In this document: positions 26,142-36,120 of the stretch, piece by piece
Position numbering within the stretch: position 1 is the stretch's first letter
Layout: each line of letters begins with the position of its first letter
Source of the DNA: Pecten maximus
Lineage: Eukaryota
Reading direction: 5' to 3'
Length of the DNA: 64,000 bases
Assembly: GCF_902652985.1 (NCBI RefSeq)
Contig: NC_047018.1
Span: 28,954,001 to 29,018,000, forward strand
Translations under genes and position numbers: made by a program
The notes under the pieces: model-generated
What the model was told of the DNA's origin: nothing
What the model saw: the letters and a program-made list of their open reading frames with translations, nothing else
Database searches by the model: none

Positions 26142-28299
26142 CTTTAATCTTCAATGTTAATATGTTTCTTGAAATATTGCTTATTTCGTTGTTTGATTAA
26201 AGCTTCTTGTTGACCTTACTGTCTTCTCTTTAGTTGGGTGCGTTCGATTACAGTTTTTAAACGCGGAAGAACATGATTTGTTATTGGCATAAAGTAGAGA
26301 CGTAGAATCTCTGTCAAGTCTTTCGTATATTAACTTGGCTATAATATATCAGTTAAGTGGATGGATCATTTTGACTACCCTATAGGTACTAAATACACGA
26401 CGCTGTATATGAAACACAGAAATAAAAACTAGAACACCGACATAAACTGAAAACCAACAGATTTTATTTTGCTATATCTTTATTTTTTTCATAATCCACA
26501 ATATCAATATCAGCAATCCTCCATACCATCATGACACCTAGTATTAAGTAATTTTATAAGTTATTGCAGAGAAGCGAACGAGGATATAATATTTCTTCAA
26601 ATTTTGACACAAAGATAGCAACACCAATAAAGTTTATATAAAAACGATTGCCACTCGTATATTCTATATCTAGTACAAATGTAACGCATACACGTATCGT
26701 TTCTGAAATTGAAAAACTTTTTTTTTGCATTTTTTCTTAAGTTAAAAAGCGCAATATGTTTAAAAACAATCAACATTTTTTTTATTGAATTTCATTTGTA
26801 TTTTAAAGCCAAAACGTGGGCAACATATGTATAAAGAATATATATTATAATTAATAAAAGCCGCACGATACAATGTACGCTCAATAATAACCGTCATTTT
26901 GTATACCACAGGGACTTGGCACAAAATACTAACCCCTCGGCCATTAAATTAATTATCTGTTAACAGTGTAATAGTTTAATGGCCGCGTCAGATCAAACAT
27001 GTACAGCACATTAATACATTACCGGTAAGTGATAGTAATATAAACATATCATGGCGGATGGACAATGTATTATTGGTAACAATGAGACATTTAGAGGTTA
27101 TGTAAATTCTTTTAAATGTAAATAAATACGCATACATATATGTACCATACTTTTGTGAAATAAAACACGGATTGAATCTAACTCGTCCTTTGTGTTATTT
27201 AAATAGCAGATACATGCTTTCGTTTTCTATGTTTTCATTTTGTTGTTGTTGTTATTTTAATTCAAAGATCGTTCAAAGCTAATATATATTTTGCCATAGT
27301 TAAAATGCAAGAATCTTGTCAATTGATTTCCCCAGATAATACTCGCGGCAATTCTAGAATCAGCCAGATAACATTTTATTATAAGTAAAAACCTTTAAGT
27401 TTTTGAAAGCAAGTAAACTGTATAGAATCACGATCTAAAGTTGCATTACCTCCAATATATTTCTTTTTAGCTTTAAAGCGTTCTGATTTGATAATACAAA
27501 ATCGAAACCTAGCATTAATTTACTTACTGAGCACTTCACTTAATGCAGCCAATGCCTAAGAATATAGTTTCTGTGTCAACCCATTCACAAATACGTGTAA
27601 TACTAATAATTTCACAATTGGATACTTACAATACATATACACGGACTGAAGGGCTTGGAATTGGCGCAAAGTCCCTATAGTAAATAAACATGTAAATGGA
27701 ATGTTTAAATTCATACACCGAGAGAACTACTCTGTGACGTCATCATTAAAAGTTAACAGGTCTGTGTTGAATCGACCAAAATGAAGAAAAATAGAAAGAA
27801 ATAAAAGAAAAAAAGAATAAGCTATTTCTGTTGTAATATTGTTTCATTAGATTTAGACATTAGATAGAATATAGATGAAGTCATAGAAAATGTATAAATA
27901 ATAACGTGGTACTATTAATAACTAAGAATATGAGAGAACAAGAAATATATAGGGCGTTAAAATGAATTCCGTGTAAAATTATCACAAAAACGACGTCCCA
28001 CAAAAGTTGCAATATCATCGGTGTTGAAAAATCCTCGCCCTCTACCGAGTATCTTTGGACGGTAGAGGAATATAATACATCTATATGTATCAAAATAACA
28101 ATAGGCATTCCATAAAGATGTCGGACAGTATGTCATCTACAAATCGCACTGCAGAAACAAGATAAAAACATTCATTGTATGACAAAAATACAATTGTATA
28201 ACTATGACATTACACACCATTATATATTTCAAAAGACACTGTATACATTGGACACTGAACAGACATTGTAAAAATTAAAAAAGGACGAATTGTATGAAT

Positions 28300-29105
28300 A
28301 ATACAAGACACAATGTGTATAAATAAGACACAAGACACACAGTGTATAAATAGGACATAACAAACAGTGTAAAAACAAGACACACAGGGTATAAAGAGGA
28401 CACTAGACACACAGTGTATAGATAGGACATTAGACACACAGTGTATAGATAGGACATAAGACACACAGTGTATAAATGACACTAGACACACAGTGTATAA
28501 CACAGTGTATGAATAAGACATAAGACACAGTGTATGAATAGGACACAATACACACAAGACACAAAACACATAGTGTATAAATATGACACAAGACACACAG
28601 TGTATAACACAGTGTATAAATAGGACATAAGACACAGTGTATAAATAGGACACAATACACACAAGACACAATACACACAAGACACAATACACACAAGACA
28701 CAAGACACACAAGACACAAGACACATAGTGTATAAATATGACACAAGACACACAGTGTATAGCACAGTGTATAAATAGGACATACGACACAGTGTATAAA
28801 TAGGACAAGACACACATTGTATACGTGTGAATAAGACACAAGACACACAGTATAAATAGGACAAGACACACATTGTATACGTGTGAATAAGACACAAGAC
28901 ACACAGTATAAATAGGACAAGACACACATTGTATACGTATGAATAGGACACAAGACACAGTATAAATATGGCAAGACACACATTGTATACGTGTGAATAA
29001 GATACAGTGTATAAATGGACACAAGACACACATTGTATACGTGTGAATAAGATACAGTGTATAAATGGACACAAGACACACATTGTATAAATAGGACACA
29101 AGACA
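28300..29105. repeat. Degenerate compound minisatellite downstream of mos
   Basis: Modules gacacaa, gacacacagtgtataaataggac and cattgtatacgtgtgaataa are shuffled in tandem. Confidence 0.9.
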
Positions 29106-29542
29106 CGACGGTTAAAAAAGTACAAAAGTGTAGTTGATATACATTGATAAACATTCTAATATGTCATTAGACAGGTATTGTATAGTTAGACGTTAGCTAA
29201 TGTATAACAGACACCGACAAAGATGGTAAACGTGTAAATATAACAATTGTAAATAAAAATGTGAAATAAACTTGTAAATATAACTGTATATACATTTTGT
29301 CAATTTACATATTATTACATCAATATACAAGCAGGGAAGAAACCCTGGATCAATAGGATCCCAACATATCTATATACACTTTATATCTCCATATTGAATT
29401 GGGTTAAATTCTACACCACATGTCCAAAGCGAGTTAGACTAGCTAATTGTTCATCCTTCGTCATCCAAATTTCATGATTCAATGAATTTTATAAATACAT
29501 AAACACGCATATTTACAAATGTTGTCAGTTTTCTCTGAAGAA

Positions 29543-30748
29543 CTACACATTTTTCTTCCACACATCTAGCACTTTCACCAACTCATCTGCAGACGGCCGA
29601 TTTTCAGGAACCGAATCCCAACACTGCGAATAGAGGTCACGATAGCAAAGTTCAAACGGACACTGCTCCGACATATTTGGGTGTTTAGGGCGGTGTCCGT
29701 AGGCCACAACACCGAAGATAACTACGTGCTGGTTCTCATTACCATATGGGTTATCACGGGCTAGCATTTGCCACATAGTAACGCCGTATGAATAAATGTC
29801 TGCTTTCCTAGTAGGCGCATCACCGCGAAGTAGTTCTGGCGCGCGATATGCAAATGTACCAGTGAGGGATGACCTTTGAGTGGGGCTGACCTTTCCGGTC
29901 CCCTCCTCTAAAATCTGGGAGCACCCAAGGTCACCGATTTTACAAACACCGTCTGGAGTGATGAGGATGTTGGCAGGTTTAATATCCAAATGTACAATAT
30001 TGTTGTCATGGAGATATTTCAGACCTTGAGCAATCTGAGTGGAAAATTTCACTCTGATTTCGATCGTCAGGTCGACGTGGGATTCGTTGAGAGCTGTCTG
30101 CAATGTTCTGTCTCCGGCATACTCCATAACGACCCATGCCCCATCTTCGAATGACGTCATATGGGTAGCTCCTAATGATTGGACAATATTAGGATGAGCG
30201 AGTTGCATACACCGAAGCTCGGCTTTGAAACTTTCAAACATAGCATCGGGATTTTTGCTCATGGTAGGCTTCTTCATTACTTTAATAGCAATGGAGTCAT
30301 GTCCAGACTTTCCATTTGCCATATACACAGAACCAAAACCCCCGGCTCCAAGAAGTTTTCCAAGTTTGAAATCTTCCTTAATGAACACTGAATCATCATC
30401 ATCAGCAGCGCCATTTTTCTTGATCAAAAATGGTTTTCTGAATTCACTACTGAGACAGTTCCTCTTTGATTCCGACAAACGCTTGGATTTTGGCGTTGAG
30501 ATGTTCGGTTTTGGAGATGAGCATCGGAGATGTCGGTATTTTCCAAATAAGGACTTCAACGTATGCGCTGGGCTGTTGTGTCCATGACGATGATGAACTA
30601 GGTGTCCACGTGTTGGGGTATGATGATGGTGACCGTGATGAAATGTATGTGTTTCCTCTCGCACTTTGACCATAACCATCTTGATAGTTCGTAGATTTAG
30701 CACTTTATGAACTCGCATATACAGGTCGACGGATGTCAATCGAAACAT
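29543..30748 (-). CDS. MOS: Serine/threonine kinase Mos (MAPKKK of oocyte maturation), intronless
   Basis: Uninterrupted 401-codon ORF with LGAGGFGSVY, IAIK, SFKAEL, VHLDIKPANILI, CKIGDLGCSQ, GTFAYRAPELLRG, KADIYSYG and VIFGVVAYGHRP, which are Mos-specific features. The real start may be M24 (30679). Confidence 0.93.
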   Translation of the reverse strand: MFRLTSVDLYMRVHKVLNLRTIKMVMVKVREETHTFHHGHHHHTPTRGHLVHHRHGHNSPAHTLKSLFGKYRHLRCSSPKPNISTPKSKRLSESKRNCLSSEFRKPFLIKKNGAADDDDSVFIKEDFKLGKLLGAGGFGSVYMANGKSGHDSIAIKVMKKPTMSKNPDAMFESFKAELRCMQLAHPNIVQSLGATHMTSFEDGAWVVMEYAGDRTLQTALNESHVDLTIEIRVKFSTQIAQGLKYLHDNNIVHLDIKPANILITPDGVCKIGDLGCSQILEEGTGKVSPTQRSSLTGTFAYRAPELLRGDAPTRKADIYSYGVTMWQMLARDNPYGNENQHVVIFGVVAYGHRPKHPNMSEQCPFELCYRDLYSQCWDSVPENRPSADELVKVLDVWKKNV

Positions 30749-30775
30749 TCCTTTCTAATCCTGAACACCTTCCGT

Positions 30776-30820
30776 CCAATTTCATTGGCTAAGTCTCCAA
30801 TGCAGCTTGATTTCCATTGG
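30776..30820. promoter_or_regulatory. Cluster of four CCAAT boxes, putative mos promoter
   Basis: CCAAT at 30776 and 30797 and ATTGG at 30784 and 30816, immediately 5' of the mos ORF. Confidence 0.5.
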
Positions 30821-31857
30821 TTAACCACCTGAACTTACAGATTTTTGATCTACCCGATTTACTTTTGTTGAGATGTGTTCACATTCTGCTCAGATGATAC
30901 ACACACTCATCTTACCGGTAAGGTAAGTTAATGGCTGAAATAATTCAGAATAGCAGACTGTTGTCTAATGTAGTCTTTATCTTATAGGCTATATTTCCCG
31001 ATAGTAATTTGTCGTGAAGTCTGGTGAATACGTGAAATAAATAACTGGGTGAAATTGATTACGGACGTCTTAATGTGTAAATGTAAGTTGACAAATCCTT
31101 CACCCAACGAAAGGGTCACATCGTGAATAGGTAACATCGCGAACACGTGCGGCGCTCGATCGTTAGTTTAGGATCTCCTAATCAAATAAGTCCGTTCTCT
31201 CACCAAAACGTATCCAAAATTAAATGTAATACACTTCAAATTATTTCCTAAGTGTTACATCTTACGGATTGCGTTATAATGGGCCAGTATTAACAATGAC
31301 GTATGTGTCAGATTTTTTTTCTGTGCTTTTGTAATGTTTATCTCGATGTTCTACCCTGTCCTACACTACCAGACCGGTGTATTGTATATTGAAGTGACGT
31401 CAGTTTACTAGTTTCACCATAACTACGTACACTTGACATCGTCCATATCATGACATTGCCAGAGCTAAAAAAATGTTGGAATCACCTGTTTTTTTTTATT
31501 TGATGAAAAATAAATGGAATATTGTGGCATACTTTTTGGTGCTAATTAAAACGATGTACATTTACATGCTTTTACAATAAAATTAGTTACAAAGACTTTC
31601 CTGGAGGCTATGGCAATGTACAATGAAACTGAACCTTTCAGGTTGTCGACACTGACATTGGACTCGACAGTAACACGTGCACTACATAATGATGTTGTAA
31701 GGACGCACTCGATGATTCTGGACTGTTGAGGCCAACGATCGGTAGTATGTAACATAAACTATAACACACAAGATGAAAAAAAAAAAAATCAACGACGGGA
31801 TATTGAAATCATGTTTAAATACTCACTTTTAAGCTGCCATTTCTCAGGAGGATGTCT

Positions 31858-32868
31858 GTTGTAACATATAGATGCGGGTGTGTCCACTGTGTGACATATA
31901 GATGTGGGTGTGTCCACTGTGTGACATATATATGTGGGTGTGTCCACTGTGTGACATTTAGATGTGGGTGTGTCCACTGTGTGACATATATATGTGGGTG
32001 TCCACTGTGTGACATATATATGTGGGTGTCCACTGTGTGACATATAGATGTTGGTGTGTCCACTGTGTGACATATAGATGTGGGTGTGTCCACTGTGTGA
32101 CATATAGATGTGGGTGTCCACTGTGTGACATATATATGTGGGTGTCCACTGTGTGACATATAGATGTGGGTGTGTCCACTGTGTGACATATAGATGTGGG
32201 TGTGTCCACTGTGTGACATATAGATGTGGGTGTGTCCACTGTGTGACATTTAGATGTGGGTGTGTCCACTGTGTGACATATAGATATAGGTCTGTCCACT
32301 CTGTGACATATATATGTGGGTGTGTCCACTGTGTGACATATAGATGTGGGTGTGTCCACTGTGTGACATATAGATGTGGGTGTCCACTGTGTGACATATA
32401 TATGTGGGTGTGTCCACTGTGTGACATATAGATGTGGGTGTGTCCACTGTGTGACATATAAATGTGGGTGTGTCCACTGTGTGACATATAGATGTGGGTG
32501 TGTCCACTGTGAGACATATAGATGTGGGTGTGTCCACTGTGTGACATATAGATGTGGGTGAGTCCACTGTGTGACATATAGATGTGGGTGTGTCCACTGT
32601 GTGACATATAGATGTGGGTGTGTCCACTGTGTGACATATAGATGTGGGTGTGTCCACTGTGAGACATATAGATGTGGGTGTGTCCACTGTGTGACATTTA
32701 GATGTGGGTGTGTCCACTGTGTGACATATAGATGTGGGTGTGTCCACTGTGTGACATATAGATGTGGGTGTGTCCACTGTGTGACATATAAATGTGGGTG
32801 TGTCCACTGTGTGACATATAGATGTGGGTGTGTCCACTGTGTGACATTTAGATGTGGGTGTACCACTG
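31858..32868. repeat. 30-bp minisatellite, ~34 copies
   Basis: gtgacatatagatgtgggtgtgtccactgt, with 28-bp variants. Confidence 0.97.
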
Positions 32869-33673
32869 TATCTTCACGATAATAAAGACTAATTTAACAG
32901 CTTCCATATTATATCTGACATTTATTATACTCGTTTTTTATACAGCTTTACTGTAGACTCCTCAATATATGTTCGTGTACATAATGCACAGGTATATTTA
33001 TATGATATCAAATCTTATCATAGATTTGCCCTATACCATGTTCAGGACGATACTTACTAGATATTGTGAAAGTGCTTCAAACATACGAGCTTCCTTGCTT
33101 GGATTCATATCTTTGTTTTTTTTCTTCTCCTCTTTGAGTCAGTGGAAGCTTTTGACATTACGTTGAAATTTGCAAAAATTGTCAAATGAGAACTCGTCTT
33201 TGAAATCTCGACCTTGATATTTTCAGTAAATGCCATCCTTCCTATAATCCATATATACTGTGATTCGTAGCTGAATATGTAGCAGCCATTCTTATAATAA
33301 TACCACCTATACCTGTCCGTACCACGTGTTCACTTTGTTTTCAACCTCTGCATCATTATCAATTTTTGCTCCACTTGCGAGCAACAATAACTTCCACGAG
33401 GAGTCCTGTCTAAGATTGGCCTGTTGGTGTTCTGTTAGACTCTAGACGAGGATTATGCCACTTTTGTCCAAACATTATCAGGGGTGATCATAGGCGTCCC
33501 GGACAACGGTGGCATTGCCGAGAAATGGTTTCTGATCAAAGCAGCTTGGTTCGTTGTGTACGCTTCAAGCTTCATTGCTTAATAACTTGTTCACATTCAT
33601 ATGAGGTTCCAGCGTGATAGTGAGGAAATAACACTTTTAATTACAATTTCTTTCTTTCTTTCTTTCTTTTACT

Positions 33674-33893
33674 CATGTGGCCGAGTGGTTAAGGTGTCTC
33701 GACACTTTATCACTAGCCCTCCACCTCTGGGTTACGAGTTCGAAACCTACGTGGGGCAGTTGCCAGGTACTGACCATAGGCCGGTGGTTTTTCTCCGGGT
33801 ACTCCGGCTTTCCTCCACCTCCAAACCTGGCACGTCCTTAAATGACCCTGGCTGTTAATAGGACGTAAAACAAAAACAAACCAAAAACAAACC
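33674..33893 (+). mobile_element. tRNA-derived SINE with V-domain-like core
   Basis: A box TGGCCGAGTGG (33678), B box GAGTTCGAAACC (33736), core GGTTTTTCTCCGGGTACTCCGGCTTTCCTCCAC and an (AAAC)n-type tail. Confidence 0.85.
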
Positions 33894-33995
33894 AATCACT
33901 CAAGTATGGGAGACATTATGTTCCGTCTACTCTGCCGGGGCACCTGGTCAGATTCCCCTTGTAAACTGTCAGGAATCTCGATACAAATCTATATC

Positions 33996-34218
33996 ATCGA
34001 TTCTGAGTTTGAATTATGGTTTCGTTAATAGGTATTCTCTGTCGATTTTGAGTTTAAATTATGGTTTCGTTAATATGTATGTAGTCTCTGTCGATTTTGA
34101 GTTTAAATTATGGTTTCGTTAATATGTCGGTATTCTCTTTCGATTTTGAGTTAAAATTATGGTTTCATTAATATGTCGGTATTCTCTGTCGATTTGGAGT
34201 CTGAATTATGGTTTCGTT
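33996..34218. repeat. ~45-bp tandem repeat, 5 copies
   Basis: tcgattttgagtttaaattatggtttcgttaatatgtcggtattctctg. Confidence 0.88.
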
Positions 34219-34807
34219 ATTAAGACGATATTCTTTGTTGTTTATATTATACGTTAGAATACCCTTTTGTGTGTACATGTATATTTTTCTTGTATCCGGT
34301 TCACCTTAGATAAATGCAAATAAGATATTTTTTTAGACTGAAAACAGTTTGTATTATGATGCCATGAGTCCGAGATATAAACAGCATCACAAAAACTGTT
34401 TAAGGGAATTTCATTAGACTATCAATGTCGTGGTATGGCAATGTCAATTGTAATGTGAAGGGTTCTGATGTTGATATTCGCCTTTAAAACTTAGGAAGAT
34501 CGTCAGAAAATTTCGGACTGTGCCAATTGCTATGAAGGATATTTTTTTATTTTCCATTTTTGTTTGGGAAAAATCACCTTTACTGATGTTTCCAGAGTAA
34601 ATATCACAAAAAGCTTTCAAGATAGTTGACTTCTGGAGATGTCAAAAAGTTGTCACTTGTGTTTCTAAGCTATATATCTATTTATTAGCACAATGTATCA
34701 TATACACTCTGTGTTGGTGATCCGAAGATAAAGATTTGAATTTCCTGTCGTAGTTGTACCGAGAGAAATATATATAATATATGTACAATTCGTATCCATG
34801 TATGTAA

Positions 34808-35387
34808 ATCATCATCATCAAACTTTATTTCCTCCCAAAGGAGATAAGTGGAATACAACAAAATCGACAGAAAAAAAAAATAAATAAATAAGGAATATCA
34901 AAATAAGTGAAGAGTTCATTTAGCGCGCTTTCCATGAGTAGCTACTATGTAGCTTACTCACTATCGCGTACTTACATCATAATCAGGGCGAGAATAAGCG
35001 CGTGACGCTAACAACGAATCGAGCCGCCTTCATAAGGAAGCGATTCCTGCAAATACCATCATCAAATGGAATGTTCTTACTAGCGCCTAGTAGGACTTGA
35101 ACAAATGATGCGTTGTTCTCGCATGTCACGATGTTGAAAACATGTGGGCCAAAATCGTTCAGAATATCTTGTAGGAAACGTTCACGTGATTCCCTGAAGT
35201 GGGGGCAGATGGAGCTGCTATGCATGATGACATCGCTGAAGGGCTGGTTGCACAAGACACACACTGCACTAACATGGCTTGAGGTCAATGTTGCACATAA
35301 CGATTGAATTATCTGGGTGTCTGGTAGAGATTCCGCGACTTGCCACATAACGTAAGGTCCATATGAGCAGTGGCACGCACGAAACAA
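34808..35387 (-). mobile_element. 5'-truncated non-LTR retrotransposon (ORF2 C-terminal zinc finger, 3' UTR and tail); clade uncertain, possibly RTE-X-like
   Basis: ORF 35387-34983 has CVLC-x8-H-x4-C. The minus-strand 3' end reads CTCCTTTGGGAGGAAATAAAGTTT(GAT)4. Confidence 0.65.
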
Positions 35388-35512
35388 CTAAAAAAAAAAA
35401 ACCCATTGCGATCCAGGTATTCTATATCACCTTATAGACGACTTCCACAATGATCATGTCAGGGTATCGGGCCGACCATCACTGCGCCATTGAAACGTTC
35501 TTTTTTAAGAAC

Positions 35513-35650
35513 GTCGATGTGGCGCAGCGGTATAGGCTGCGGATATTTCTGGCTAGGCGATTGGGTGCCGTAGATCGTGAGTTCGAGGCCCGGTCAGGGC
35601 ACGAGTCAAGAAGTTGTCTTCCTTCGTCACTTGTGTTTCTAAGCTATATA
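35513..35650 (+). mobile_element. tRNA-derived SINE, second family; a related tail fragment lies at 34640-34740
   Basis: A box TGGCGCAGCGG (35520) and B box GAGTTCGAGGCCC (35579). The string gtcacttgtgtttctaagctatata is shared with 34652-34677. Confidence 0.65.
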
Positions 35651-36120
35651 TGTATACCTAGATCTTTAGTTATGTAGCATTTTGGATGGAAAGAACCGTC
35701 AAACTATTTGATCTTACAGCAACATTTGATTTGTTTGAATTTCATTTCTAATGTTGTCCGTTTCCAAGGATGCTATTGACCACACTATTTGTGTTGAATG
35801 TTTTAAAACAATAATTTAACAAGTATTTTTTTATTTAAATACCGTTTCATCAAAGCGAAGTCAGGAAAATAAACAAAGGCACGATACCAACTGGTCTGTA
35901 CGTTTTGACGGAATCTACCTTATGTTGGGGTCAATGACCTGTCAATGTTTAACCTATAACACACTGTATGTCTGGAACCTGAGGTTAAGTTAACTGTTCA
36001 TTATATCATAGAAAGAGATACAATTGGGATAATAAATTAAATCTTAGAAGGATGAGAGTAAAAATGCGACGAACATTTAGAGAGGTAACATAGATTTTGC
36101 TCCTTAAAATTAATTTTTAT

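Noticed and set aside
28210-29154. Long Cys/Val-rich ORFs in all three minus frames
   Set aside because: Artefact of a low-complexity repeat; no gene structure.
31789-32882. ORFs with His/Cys-rich repeats (MSHSGHTHIY, CGCVHCVTYR) resembling metallothionein or metal-binding proteins
   Set aside because: They are translations of a 30-bp minisatellite that is open in several frames on both strands, with frequent 2-bp frameshifts.
33674-33750. tRNA gene
   Set aside because: A and B boxes are present, but the sequence continues into a SINE core and tail and I cannot fold a proper cloverleaf. The same applies to 35513-35590.
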